Shown: positions 26,671 to 40,600, counted from the first letter of the whole stretch. The stretch is DNA of 62,961 bases, filler included, from Perkinsus chesapeaki ATCC PRA-425 (GCA_013115145.1; 4 parts of 4 records of this genome joined end to end with filler, not necessarily neighbours in it); one strand, 5' to 3'. Notes: generated by a model not told the origin, from the letters alone. Numbers and translations: made by a program.

Positions 26671-29117
26671 CTAGCCGCCCATGCAGCTCTTCTCCTTCTT
26701 CAAACCCTTGTACATGTCCTGCAACGCTCCTGGCGCCCGAGTCTGAACAACGAAGATTCTCTCCGAGAATGCCTCAACCATAAGCGGATTAAATCCTATG
26801 TATCAGTAAGAGTATTACTAAGTAATTGAATTGATAGTAGTAGGATAGGAATTAATACAGGGTGGTGCGAAAAAGGGCCCATGCCTCATAATTTCCTGGC
26901 GCGTGAGAATTAAGAGTAAAGTATCAACTTGAAGCTCTCGGTGAGCTCTTTCTATTGCTGGGTCAGTCACTTCGGATTGGGCTCTGAGTAATGGCTTAAC
27001 AAAAAAGTCGTTACATAGAGAAATGTGCTGGCAGAATCATATGAGATCAATCACGCGCCAAGAAATTGAGCTATGGACCCTTTCTTCGCATCAACCTGCA
27101 TTAATAAGTATTAATAAAATTAGTAACTAATCAATAGTAAATCACTAATAACCTTCTCATTGATTTTATCCCCACAACTCTGAACCCGCCCCGAGTATGA
27201 CCTGTGCCTTATTAACTATCCAAGTAGGTATGTTGCCACCGATGCTCATTTGACTATACATCGTCACAAATATCTCCCCGCTCCCTTCGTCCTTCTCCAC
27301 CACATTTCCAGCATTCACTATTTTACATCGGACATATCCCGCCAGTACCTCTCCTTCGCCGTAACCTAAAACATTGATAGGTATAAAATATTTACTGAAT
27401 AAAAAGTGGTCGTGTGACACAGACGGAGCCCGCCGTGCCTGGAAAAGTAGACAGCGACACAATTCACACCCCCTCCGTCAAACGCAGGGGAAAATTAATA
27501 CAGCGATTCCTCCTGAGACAATTCAAATCTCCCTCGCACTTCCCTTATCTCACCTGGATACTCGCATGACCGTGATGACATTACCCACATATTATCACCC
27601 ACTTTCTCAACAACCGAAGTCAACACACAATCCCTCCCAGACACGCCCCATTGTGCTGAAGAATGACAACTCATTAACGAAAGTCCTTGGTAGTCTTCAG
27701 TTCCGTACTAGATACTCGTTGCTCATCGGGAACCGCTACGACTTGAGACAATATAGATTTTATCATAGACATTTGGGGACATAAAGCAACTCTCTTCATT
27801 CATCAACTAACTTTAAACCCTCTAGGTAAGTTAAATACTTCCCTCCCCAAACTCCACGTGCAAAGCCACATCATCGCTCCATATCCATACCAATCAAACC
27901 TTACTCTATTCGCTACCCCATGCTTCCCATAGTAGCATGTCTCCCTGGTGAAAGGAGGTGGATGATGAAGAAGTGTAGGCCAATAGGAACAATAGGTTAT
28001 AGTCTCCAAGCCATGATGAATATCGACTGCAACTTCTCCTCAGAATTATCATTTCAAAATACCATATTGAACCCCTTTCTCAATATAAGTACCCTATCGC
28101 CCTCTTAGTACCCTTATAGGCGGCATAATCCAAATCAAGCCGTCGCAGTGAGCCGGTCGAAGTATCTTCATAAAGTCCTCTCTTCTTATGCCCTACCTTC
28201 CAAAATAAGTGTAATTCCTGATTCCGGTTTACCTTGCGCGAATTGACTATCATATTTTCCTTTCCGTTCCACATCGCAGAGAAACTCAACCACCTCCTCA
28301 AGCTCCAGTTCGCCAACACCAAACGAAGCAGTGCCCTTAACCACCTACACAAGCAACGATCCCGGGACCAGGCCAACTAATTACCGTCGAAGATACATCC
28401 TCACTTGCGACATATATTACTAGGATCATGCACTATACAGAATATGCCGGCCGATGTACTGTCTTTCGGAGAGTGACTACAGAACGCAATGAACCTTCAA
28501 AAATACCCCTTCGACAGAGACATGAGATCAATGATCGATTCCATTCATTTGCCCGATACTGCATCGCTGACCGAATAACAATCGACCCGCACACGTGGCG
28601 CATGATCGCTCCGGATTCCTATACCACATGCCCCTATCAACCAGCGCAGTATGATTCCCAATTAGGTCTTCCACGTTTCTAGTCACACTGAGCCCCTACA
28701 GAGCTATTTCCAAGCCTTTACCAAATTTCTCATCCTCAACCCCCTATCACCTGCATGCTATCTCCCCTCGCCGGTATAATAGCCAATTTAACCTTCCCCG
28801 ACTTCCCAGCATCCTTGAACTCCTTGACACCTTCACCGCAATGCCATTCCAATATGACCTTTTGTGCTGCCAATGCCTCATCGAGCATTTTCTAAGTTAA
28901 CTCAGATCATCTACCCATCTTCCCATGTCCCTACCCCAGTGATCTCATCGGTACTCCCCGCTTTCAAAGCAGTCGAAGGGACCTTAATGATACCAGTTCA
29001 TTAGTTCAGGAAATTAGGCCTTACTTCGAGGGAGATTGGGGAGAGCTCCTCAAGTTCGGATATGCAATCGAAGAAGTCTTCGCTTATCCAAGACCGAATC
29101 CTCTGAAGGAGAGAAAC
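26671..29117 (-). CDS. START-domain protein, paralog 4 (5' end lost in gap)
   Basis: SWISEDFFDCIS; KMLDEALAAQK; LAGYVRCKIVNAGN..QMSIGGNIPTWIVNKAQ. Confidence 0.75.
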
Positions 29118-29119
29118 CG

Positions 29120-29261
29120 AGAGTAGCCTAGTCATCACTTAACCCTTATTCCCTATCTTAATAGTATCCAACAACCCCTAGTAGAGTAGCCTAGTCATCA
29201 CTTAACCCTTATTCCCTATCTTAATAGTATCCAACAACCCCTAGTAGAGTAGCCTAGTCAT
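29120..29261. repeat. 63-bp tandem repeat (2.25 copies visible, runs into the gap)
   Basis: Unit AGAGTAGCCTAGTCATCACTTAACCCTTATTCCCTATCTTAATAGTATCCAACAACCCCTAGT starts at 29120, 29183 and 29246. Confidence 0.95.
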
Positions 29262-29361
29262 NNNNNNNNNNNNNNNNNNNNNNNNNNNNNNNNNNNNNNN
29301 NNNNNTTAATTAATTAANNNNNNNNNNNNNNNNNNNNNNNNNNNNNNNNNNNNNNNNNNNN

Positions 29362-30870
29362 TTACTACCTGGAATTCCTTATCATTATCTATTCCTATAT
29401 CAAATCGGCAGGTAAACTTTCTTATCGGTCCTCCACTACCACCACCACCTCTAGGAGATGACGTCTTCGGAGGACTTCTACTCAACTGCTGAGGCGCAGC
29501 ACCTTCACATTAAGAACAAACCATTTATATTCGCCGTGGTATCTTGTCAGCGCTAAAACACAAACCCCTTCATTACCTTCTTCACTCCACACTGCTCGCT
29601 CCTCCGCCCTTCCCTTGTCCTTCGGCGACTGCGACCGCCGCCATGCGTTGTTGCGGTGCGGTCCAGATGACGGCGGTTGGCTCTGGGGAAGCTCTGATGG
29701 TCGCGTGGATCCTCGGATCTTCGAGGAGGTCATCTTCATTGGTGAGGCCGCATCCTTGATCTCGCTCAGTAACCTATGGTCGATAAGGTTCTACGGTATA
29801 TCAAACGGGACCGGAGCACCGCCCTAGTGGATTTGTAAAGATTAAGCCCACGGTGCAAATGCCAATTTATTATATTCCATATCTACACGTTCGCATCTAT
29901 GAAATACCCCAAGTCGCTTGAACGAGTGAAGCTTTGAGTAATATTCCCGAATAAAGAACACCGAATGCGTAAAGCACAGTTGAGCTCGCAACGCCGCCGC
30001 CCACCGTCCCTTATTACCTGCTAATGCCTGCCTCAGCCTTCTCCAGTGTTTCTGCCGTCCAATGAGTTGCCTCACTTAACGGACCAAAAGCTACCAATTC
30101 TAAACGACACAGGGCCGGTGCGATAACACCTCGCCGAATTCAACTCTACCTTCTTTGAGGTTAATGTTGTCATTTTGTGCAAGAGTCTGACAAATATCTT
30201 TAAGATAGTAACTGGCCCCGACCTCCAGGCTCACCTTCGGGGAGGTCCTTGCTGGGAAAGTTCTCGGTGATTGATGTAACCCCCAAACCACACGCAAGAC
30301 ACCGCGGACACCATTGAGCATCTGACAAGAAGTAGTAGTGGTGGTGTTTGTTGTGGTTAGGATTGATAATATTATAATAATTACTTTATCGTTCAAATCT
30401 TGTACAGCATTTTGGGCATCGGTCAATTGTTTATAATAAACATGTGCAACATCCTTCTCTGGACCGATAACTTCAATAATGCTAACTTCACCATATCGTC
30501 TAAATACCTAAAGAATCTTAGCTTCAACCATGCAAGATACAAAACAGCTCAACTTGCCCACCTTTCGCAGGTCATCTTCTGATAATTGAAAGTAATATCC
30601 ATTTCCTTCGACACAAACCGATATAGGAGTTCCGCCCGTTCCCAACCAGCCGCCATCATTCGACCCTTCCAGCAACATCTCATCACATTCGGCAGCTGCA
30701 TTGAATAGTTGCCTATGTGCGCTAAGGCCAGCAAAGAGCGAGGTCGCCTCCGGATCACCTATCACAACGACCGCAACAGTCAAAGGAGTCACAGCAATCT
30801 GATGCGCAGTTTAGTGTACAGCTAAATAGGGAAATGAAGCTTACTATACGGTCTCGCCAAATTCATAAAC
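29362..30870 (-). CDS. RRM + KH-type RNA-binding protein (3' end lost in gap)
   Basis: LSEDDLRK|VFRRYGEVSIIEV..AHVYYKQLTDAQNAVQDLNDK is an RRM. GPIRKFTCRFDIGIDNDKEFQV is the start of an alveolate-type KH domain. Confidence 0.65.
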
Positions 30871-31879
30871 AGAAAAAATAATGACTTCCAAGAAACAGAC
30901 GGACATAACCGAAAATAATAATGCAAGCGGAGCTCCACTGCCGTACCGTACATTCCCGCTCCCTTCAGCCCTCCATGGTGAAGACTTTCGCGCGCCACAG
31001 AATTTCATCATCGACACCGGGTGACTTATCAACTTCATTATTAACATACAGGTAGATATGGGCAGTTCTGCAGCGGCAAGATAAACCGTACAGCTCTTAC
31101 CAGCTTACCGTACGGTTCGGGCCGTGCCGTAGCCATAACTGTGTAATTTGCCCCTATACAGTATATAACTAACAGCGCCTCACTTGCTTATATATAAAAT
31201 AGACTTTCATATTAAGTACAAAAATGGTACTTCCAAGCTGGACCCGAATTTCATTAGGTTAATATTCCTCAGTCAATCATCACCTTCCTCAGTGGCACAC
31301 ATAAACTCCAAAAGCTGCCTTACAATCTCTGTCTGCTGCGGAGATGTCGGTATAACCTAAAAGCAAACCCTCTAGAAATGGCAATGGATCCTCCCCATTC
31401 GTTACAGTTGAGCAGTTAGCCTCCGGAGTGGTAGTGCTAGAGCTCGTGTCTACGGACCTGCCATCGCTTGATGGGCTTCTGCGTCCTGAACCATGGCAAT
31501 ACCGACAATTCGTTATTTCGTATTACCGATATGTCTGACAGTATTGTTAGTAATAGGCTCGCCTGGGTAGGGTGGACGGTGATTAGTGGTCATTCGATAA
31601 ATGGGGGGCTCACTTATGGAGGATGATGATGCTAACGGATCTATTGCATTTTAAAAGTTGCAATAAATTATGAAAACACGTTACGATACAAGTACTAATA
31701 CTAAACTGAAAATTGCTAAGAAATTTCTGAATCGATAAAAATAGTTTCCATCACCAGTATTCTTTAGTTATCGATTCACCGTACGACAACCAACTGAGTT
31801 CCCTTCAAATGCAGCAGCAGCAGCGGAGTCAGCAGCGGAGTTCGCCCTCGAGACGTATTTCAAAAAAGTCAACATAAAA

Positions 31880-31955
31880 ATACCCTTGCCTAGAATCGAA
31901 CCCGAGTGAACACAACGGCAACCCCAATCAACGTTCCAATCACTCCATAGGAGTA
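31880..31955 (-). other. Degenerate tRNA-like element (B-box 31893-31902)
   Basis: TGGAGTGATTGG...GGGTTCGATTCTAGGCAAGGGTA-TTTTT. Spacing is about 1 nt off canonical. Confidence 0.45.
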
Positions 31956-32389
31956 GGGATGAATACAGCCACGTTACGACCGTCAAAGCCAAGCTGTTGA
32001 GTTTGGATTCTTGGATCCTTCGAGCAAAGGTACTGAGGAAAGGAGGAACAAACCCTTATCAACTAACAGTGTCATGTGCGACACTTCTTAGGGACCAGCA
32101 TTCAAGACAAACCTCGTTACTAAATTCGATCGTCGACTCATCATCGTCGACTCTTTCAAGCGTCTCTTTGAGCTATCCAAGCACTTCAGTATATATATTA
32201 TACTCTATTTATAGTATGTTCAGTAAGTTCATATTTTATGTATAGTAGTTAGTACTATACAGTTATCGGTATTATCTAGTAGTTATCAGTATAGTTTATA
32301 GTAGTTCTTTTATGGGGTAGTTGTTCATATTTTATATTAAAGCAAGGAACAACCTACTTATCAATTTTGTTCACAGATGAGTCCTCCTA

Positions 32390-34863
32390 ACAGAGCTGAA
32401 TACATACTATGCAGAGCAGCAGAACTTCCTCGAAAGGATCGATACACTTTTTAATTTCGCAAGTCGACATAGCCCCCGTCTCTTACTTCAATGAACTCAT
32501 CGTATGTATTAACAAGTCGACCATCCGACAGTTTCCTATCAGGAAAACATTTCTGGTATCTGTGAAAGTAGACAATTACAACACAAACACAGTTAAACAA
32601 CACTATTATGCCAGCTTACACACAGCAAGGCACTACTGCAAAGGGTTTGCCAGCTTCAAGCGCGAAGTCTACTATCCTTTCAGTGGCCTGGTCGGAATGC
32701 AAACCAACCACTATAGAGGCGTCGGCCAGAACTTTCAGGGCTGTCTCGAGGTCATCGATCGAGTCGTACCTTAATACACTGTTCTAATACAGTTAAGAAA
32801 TATCGGCGGAGATACCGGGAGAAACGAAGAAATTCCTGACAAGATTCCTACCAAATTTCCCCTCTTTCCACGTGTACCTTACCAACCCTACACCAGCATA
32901 CCCTATCGATTGAACATAAACGGATAACTTTTAGCGAACCATGTTTTTTCCATTTTATTATTTTTGAAGCATATTCTTTTACCACCCTCAATCCCTCCAT
33001 ATTTCCCCTCAAATGTCTCACTCTGGCGGAGGAGTAGCCGGTTGCTTGAACTTCACCGCGCCGGGCTTCGTGGCCGTCTTCCTCCCCGGCAAATCAGGGT
33101 CATCCGTGCTCGTATCATCAGTTGTACAATTATTAGACAACTCACAGAACTCCTCATGCCTGAGCTCAACTCCCAACGACCACCTAGCTCACCGAATCCC
33201 CACCCCTGTCGCATCCACTTGATCCTCTTCGCCTTATCAAGATGTTCATCAAACCATGCCCGATTAGCCTCCACACAAGCCACATTCGCGGCTGTCTCCT
33301 CTCCTCGCGAAATCGCTGCCGCCCAATCGGTCAGTGGAGGATCAAAGAACGCCCGAATCTGCCCGAAGCCTCCTCCCAAGCTGACCGCATTCTCTCCCTC
33401 ACATGTCTCGGTTGCGATGGCTCCGAATCTTTGCTGTAGGTCGTCTGATATTTCCGCCAAAGTGGATTTCGGTTATATATATCCCACTCGTACTTCTTCA
33501 CGAATTTGCCTAACAATAGCTCACCGATTCACTGGTAATTATTTCTACGTAAGTCCATTGGCCGCGGGTCCACATTGGTGGCTTCAATATCATTCAGATT
33601 CTTCAACTCAAATCCAACCTCCCCCTTCCCCCCAGCTACATCAATAACACCCGACCCACCTCGAAGGAACCTACGAAAACGAAGCTCTTAGTAGGAGAAC
33701 TCTCGGAAGGTTCATTCCCGATGCCAGGGACGCAGCCTCGTGATCATTGAGCTAGTCGCGCACTAACAAACTTTTAGTCGGTGCCTCCATTTTATACGAA
33801 AGAGGAAATTGAAGATTGCATAGTTACCAAATTTGATGAACGACGTAACCGGCGTAATCCCACTACTCTTCAGTGAGTTATCCCCTAATTTTCGGTACAG
33901 TATTCCCTTTATTACTCAATCCCATAGGTATCGATTAGGAACCGCCGAAATACAAACGCTCGAGAGTAGTTTTGAACCTGAAAAACGTTGATTGGAACCA
34001 CTTCAAGTCCAACAGCCATTCCTGCTAGCGGAATCCAGAGACGACTCGTGAATGTAAAGGTCTCATGAAAATGCTACAAACCCGCCAAGCTCAACATCCA
34101 CATCTCGACCATAGAGGAAATACAGCAAACATAAAGTTAGTAATACAACATTAAAGTAGGTCATAAAACTAACATGGAAGCCAACACTTTCATATATTAT
34201 ATATTCATTGGACAATTACTACACTTTACCATAATGATAAAGATAATAGCAACTTTATGAGTCTAGCAACCAGTTCAACCGCCCTCTCCCCCCAACTGCG
34301 TCGCCGCACCCTTTCCTATATCACCTTATTCCTCTTCCCCGGTCCCCTATTTCTCTTCCTCCCGCCATTCTCCTCAATTTCAGCTTGTTTCCTATTATAC
34401 TCCTCAAGCACTCTAACCAGCACGAAATCGATAACAACAACAACCCATGCAAGCTCCTACTCTGGTGGATGAGAGAAAAAACATTTCTCCTTGTAAAGAC
34501 ATCGACCATGAAACTTCCAGTGCTTGCAAACAGGGGCATCCTGAGGAGCCTATACATCCACACTCCCCCCGCCAAGACACCCTACCGGCAACACTCCTCC
34601 ACCATCGGCACGAGCACACTCCAGATGAGCCCATAGGTACCTTACATCAACCCACAATGGCCGTAGAACGACTCATCAACTTCGCCAATAGGTACGACAT
34701 GAACAAGAACAAGGTCTCCTAGCTGTAGCTTGATGTAAAAAGGCAATTGTGAGCGGGTCCCGAAACAGGGCCTGTGCCTCGCCATGCCGAGCTTTCCGTC
34801 TCTCACCACTACACATGGCCTAGTTCCGCAGCACACACGCTGCCATGTGTTGCGATCGCCCAA
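32390..34863 (-). CDS. CCCH zinc finger + SAM-dependent methyltransferase-like protein
   Basis: CKHWKFHGRCLYKEKCFFSH (C-x8-C-x5-C-x3-H); VIDVAGGKGEVGFEL..NVDPR; VGLHSDQATERIVDFALEAGKPFAVVPCCV. Ends are approximate. Confidence 0.75.
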
Positions 34864-35370
34864 AATTGTGTTTTAGCAGCTAAAAATTCCGATAACGTAT
34901 ATTCCCTTACTTCCACCAGATGCATGAGCCACTGCAGGCTGCCAATCAGCCAGTGTCACGCCTTCTAACCATATAAACAATACTCAGACACTATACCCAT
35001 CCACGGCCTCCTCAGGCTTACTAGGAACCAATTCAACTACCCAACTCCTACAGTACCCAATACCAAGATACGCCAATCCTCAAGATAGCCAATCCCCTTT
35101 ATAATTTCATTCAACCAACCGACTACCTTGTCGGCTTCTCAGGTGAAAATCTAATAGGAAATGTCGGACTGCCTTCCTCCACAATCCCCTTGCATAGGCA
35201 ACATGTACTCTCAACCTTGGCTACGAAGAAAGGCTCATCACCCTTCTCAAAACGAGGCATAGAAACAGAGAAACTAATATCATAAATTAATAATACTAAA
35301 ACTCAAGCTTAATTATCGAATAACATGGTCAACAAGCACAAGCTTTAACATGCAACAAAATAACTAACAA

Positions 35371-36695
35371 TTATCTCTTACTCTCCAACTCTCCACAAAC
35401 CTTCTTGATTGCTTCATCAATGCTTATATTATCACCCAAATTGAACCCTTTCTGCCACGCCTCAACACAATCCTCGTCACTATACTCCTTCGGGTTCTGG
35501 ACGCCTCGTTGAGGTGATTTGCAGTAGGGATAAATATCATTCACACCCGAATTGGGCTTGAATATGCCCTCGAGACCTGCGAAGTGACACATCGGTACAA
35601 TCTTGCCATCGAATCGACCAGCTCCCTCTCTATGGCAAGTTATCTCGTTCTTCCTGTACAAACCACTGTACATAGTAGCATAGCCCATAGTTGGCCCAGA
35701 GACTCCCCATCGAAGCTCACACTTGTCACTGCAATATCCATCAATAGACGGATACGCCTTCCAAGAGTCGTAGACCTTCAGGCTCCTGCAAACGAAATCA
35801 ATAGACTTCGCGATGGTGATCTCCTTAGGCACACCAAGCGAGAGCTTCCAAGCGTGGACGCAACCAGCACCCTTCTTGTCCTTGCCAGACTCATTGAGGA
35901 CCCAGTGGAACCACTTGCCAAGAGGCAATTGACCTTGGGAGAAGTCAACCTCGCCACTCAAACCACCGCTGCATTTATACTCGATCTTTTTCAGATCACC
36001 ATCGATAACAATACCCGTGTTAGAGTGTGGGTCCTCGAGCTCGCACTTGTACTTGCTACCGCCAACCTCCTTAACATTACTCAACCAACCCCTATTGTAG
36101 TGTGGCATCTTAAGTGGCTCTCTTTCATAGTCAACAGACGCAGCACTGGTTGTAGTGGATGGGGACGAAGACGACTGACCAGAGTTGGAATATGACGAGC
36201 TGCGCCTTTCCGACGAGCGACCCTCGGATGAGCGGCCTTCAGATTGGCGACCTTCAGATTGGCGGCTTTCAGAGGACCCACTTTGACGAGATGACGCAAG
36301 ACTGAAGGCACCACCACTACCGCCAGCGAGACTGCTGCAGAGCTTGGAGACCGCTTCACCAGGAGTAACGGTATCGGGATAACCAAGTTGCTTAATGGAA
36401 CCCTTACAGTCATTAGAGCTAGCAAACTTCTGAGCAACACCATTAGGGAGGGCCTCGACGCTCTTGGTGCCGGTCTTGCCGTTGCCACAGTCGTACTTCA
36501 CACCGTTCTTAGTAATACGAACGTAGGGGGGAGTGTTGAGGCCGCCCGACACGAACAAGGTGCACTCGCCGTTTTGCTTCCAAGTATGCTCATAATAAGG
36601 GACCTAAATAGAGGTAAATATACGCCTATAAAAGTAATGCAGCTCACAGCGGTAATGGTAGCTGTCAGGAAGAGGGGCTTGATGTAAGTAAACAT
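35371..36695 (-). CDS. Secreted protein with three copies of a 4-Cys domain and a Ser/Arg-rich linker
   Basis: Signal peptide MFTYIKPLFLTATITA, then a 44-nt intron, then a long exon. Repeated C..C..C..LC/VC spacing; SEGR(Q/S) 15-bp repeats near 36205-36280. Confidence 0.75.
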
Positions 36696-37161
36696 TGATG
36701 AAGGAGGTAGTAAAGGGGATAACTTATTAATAATAATACCGCAAGTACATAATTGATCTATGTAGTCTCCTCATTGTAACTCTTAAACTTACATCTATGA
36801 AAGATCAAAGTTAAAGAGGATAAAATATTAAACATATAAATGTAACAATAACAATCAATGCAACAGTGATTGCAAAGAAGAATCGGCGATCGTACTTCCG
36901 TATTGCTTCGAAAACAACAGAGCTCGCCATGAAAATATGTCGCTCGCCATAAAATTAAGCGCTCGCCCTGGTAATCGGCGATGTTTTCAGTTCGGTGAAC
37001 TGCGAGTTCAGAACACCGGACCCTGCTGTTTGAGATGTTGCGAGTATGCAAGATTACTTGANNNNNNNNNNNNNNNNNNNNNNNNNNNNNNNNNNNNNNN
37101 NNNNNTTAATTAATTAANNNNNNNNNNNNNNNNNNNNNNNNNNNNNNNNNNNNNNNNNNNN

Positions 37162-37413
37162 TCGCCGTTCACAGGTATCTTATAATATAGTGCTTTTCCT
37201 AAAAGTGATGACGCCTTAATGGCACGAGTATGTTAAAGGTTCTGTCCTACTCTCCTGTTGTAAATACATACTGTCCAACATCGATCGTTCGACTAGGCTG
37301 CCATCAAATGCCCGCGACATTGACAACGCGTTTTGAGGGAGTACGACGACGACGATGGCGATAATGAGCTGTATGAGCAAGTGCACTGTGGGCTGGGTGT
37401 GACGTGACGCCAT
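37162..37413 (-). CDS. 5' part of a putative secreted or membrane protein (runs into the gap)
   Basis: MASRHTQPTVHLLIQLIIAIVVVVLPQNALS has a hydrophobic leader. Confidence 0.3.
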
Positions 37414-37642
37414 ATCGTGACTTGTAATGGCTAAGTGTGAGATGAGTGGCGTTGTTATTGACAACCAAAGAATACAGTTATGAGATAAGAAAAGCATCTT
37501 GCATTGTGCAGAACTCTATGGTTACTCCGACTTATCAACGCCTTTTAAGATATATATATTGTGTAATATGGATATACATAATGCTTAAATGACGATTAAG
37601 AATTAATAAAATGCATACGTCAACCAATAACAGCCGCTGTTG

Positions 37643-40600
37643 TTAGAACTCCTCGCACATGAGAACCTTTGAGGGATCCGATTTAGAGCAGAGATTGTGA
37701 AAGACTTACGAATTTATGACCAGTCTCATTGGAGACCCATCGGCACGCATCAGCGACGTCAGCTTGCAATCTTGTATTGCCGCAAAGGTACCTCAATAGA
37801 CAAGACCAATTAATCCCCCACAGAAGGTCGACTCCTAGCCTACACCCATCGTGTCGGTGCCTTGAAAGTTTTGTTAGCCTTGTGGGATCGACAGTATTCA
37901 CCGATGGTGATACTTGTAAAATCTTGCACCCAGCAAGGACGACCAAACCGTATCGGAATACTGTTGCTCTCGGCGGCCGACTCGCGTGTAGACTCGGAGG
38001 TTTCAGAGTCAACTATTGACGTATCGTGTAGCATTGAAGATGCCGTTGGGATATCACAGATGAATGCGTGCCTGATGGAGGAGGAGGACGTAGTGCGTCT
38101 AAAGGTATGGTCTACTTGTTCTCCTGTTCAAAAGGTGTCTTAGCAGTAGCACTCTGAATGCAAATAATCTTCTGTAAACTCTCATGGAAAAGGAACGTCG
38201 AGGGTTTTTGCAGCTGTAATGGCTGATAATGACGTTGCTAGCGTGGAGTCAGGGGCAAGTCAATGAACTCACACCGACGGCTGCAGTGACGTGAAGTCTC
38301 AAGTGGACCTCTGTCAGCCCTGGTAGGGCGGTACTGCCTTTAAGCAGCATTCGCGATGCTGCCATCGATAGCTGCTTCAATATCGATACTCCAGTGAGGA
38401 AGTCACCAGCATTTCGAGTGAGCCAATAAAGCCATACCTTAGATGAACCGAAGATATATTTTTGTAAGTTAAGTTTACCTTCTTTTTTCTTCCAACATCT
38501 GCTGCTTGTTCTCCAGATGCTTTATGAACAGCAGCCTTCTTAAGCATAGCATCAAGACTGCTGAGGAAGGGTGTAATACCGACCCCAGCACCAATGCATA
38601 TGATAACTTCTTCTCCATCGTCATCACCATCCCATACTTCCCCTCCAGAGACTGAGTTATCATGTCGACCCTTTTCTATATCATCGCCGCCGTCGCCGTC
38701 ATCCTCCTCACTAACGCACTCCAAATCACGAGTCTGAGTAGCGCCGACTTCATCCTCCGATAAATCCACATGTAGCATTTACACTGGCACTTTGCTTACT
38801 CCACCATCTCCGTGTTAGTTTCCGCTTAAGTGTAGCATCCCTAGGCTCACGAACACCCATAAAATCGGCCTTAATACTCTGAGCTGGCGCACAGAACGGG
38901 CCGTCGAGCTTGACCATTGGGAAATCTGCGGGTCGGCCTTCGCACCTGTTGAACTCGTTGAAATACAAAATCGACAGATTTGCATCTAACCTTTGGCGAA
39001 GCTGCCGTGTCCAATCGCCTTTGGTATCAACCAACAGCCTGACAAATCCGGTACCCAACGCAGGCCAATTTGCAACACTAAATGGATGCCATTCGAACCA
39101 AGATATTTCGGGGCACAACACGTGAACATACATCCTAAAGATAAAACATACATTCGCCATATCGCCCATACGAGCTACCCTGGACGACAGCGTCTCAGGA
39201 AGCTTTCTTTCGCAGCTATATCGATACTTAGGAGGTCTGAACTAACACTCTCCGCTCTTGCTATTGAAACAAGACCATGAAAGTTACGTCGGATCCTCAA
39301 GAAAAGGTACCTATTTAATGATATAGCTGGAGATAAACGGGATTGGAGTTTAGTACAGTATACATATAGGAAGAACAAGAGGGACAACGAGTGGCAAGCC
39401 GTGGCCCAAGAGTTGCATAGACCCATGCACCTAAAAGAGCAGGGCTGTGCCGAGAATTGAACTCGGGACCTCTCGCACCCTAAGCGAGAATCATACCACT
39501 AGACCACACAGCCTATACTGATCGCATAAGCAGTAAACGTGCCGAGCTTTCCGAGCTTACATAGAGCAAAATGATATAAAAGGCCATACTGGCTCCATGA
39601 ATGAGTTGAAACGTCTTGTAATGTGCCCACCGGAACTTCTTGCGTGAACACCAGCTCCTGGAGGATATACCGTTTAAGAAACACATGACAGAGACACATT
39701 CCGTACATGATTCCGAGAAGCAATATAAGAACAATTCCAGACCAACCGACAGTGCTTAAAAAAATATCCACTACCGTTGGTGTTGATGTTAATGGGCAAG
39801 GTGGATTGATAGGGAACAATGGTGGTAATATAGGTTTGAACCCTGGCTGGGCACAGACTAACACCTACAGAAAACAAATTGAGAAGTTTCATGGGATAAA
39901 GAGCTCACGGAGTCTAGTATCCCTGGTTTGGTGGTAGCAAATACTGGTACTGTTCCGATGAGATGCCCAAAAACGTGTATCTGGATGTGTGTGAGGTTGG
40001 ATCACTTGAGAAGCTGCATTACGAATATGCTAATCCCCAACATGTACGCAGAATGTACATGAATTGACAGAGAATACAGCAAAGGTTTATATTCCGTGAC
40101 TTCATATATGAAAGTCACCAATTGGCGGCTCATAGTAGCAAAAAGAACGATACTGTACAGTAGGGTCGCCATCGCTCCACCTCGAGCGAGTAGCAGTGGC
40201 CAACCCAAGAGGGAACCGGCTGGACGCCCGTACCTTAGATAAAACACATCATGTCCTGACTGGAGGGGGGGAGGGGGGCTTCACCTTTTTACCTTACGTA
40301 GAGGCCATATGCAAGTGAAATAGATAAGAATGTTGAATCCATTATAACGAAGCATGTCTTCTTAGCGTCCCATGGTTTATCCATACCAATTAAAGCTAGG
40401 AGACGTTTCCATTGGCGTGATGACCAAGAACACTGAGCTGGTCCTCCTCCCTCGTCCGTAAGCTCACCACTGCCATCAGACTTGGTACCAATCCCGGGAT
40501 CACTCCCAATCCTAAACAAACTTACAACAGCACTGTCAAATCTCTTGTCTTACTTTCCTAATATACTAGCCTCAATCCGTTTATTATTATTTCCCATTAT

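Noticed and set aside
29120-29261. CRISPR-like array
   Set aside because: The units are contiguous with no unique spacers, and the context is eukaryotic.
32964-34722. Long plus-strand ORFs (32964-33647, 34447-34722) and similar ORF-track entries
   Set aside because: They are antisense shadows of the spliced minus-strand CCCH-methyltransferase gene. Most 60-100-aa ORFs in the track are noise in intron-rich DNA.
39835-39845. GGTTCAAACC B-box match in the NOX gene
   Set aside because: It is within an apparent coding exon (QPGFKP) and has no A-box or tRNA spacing; treated as a chance hit.
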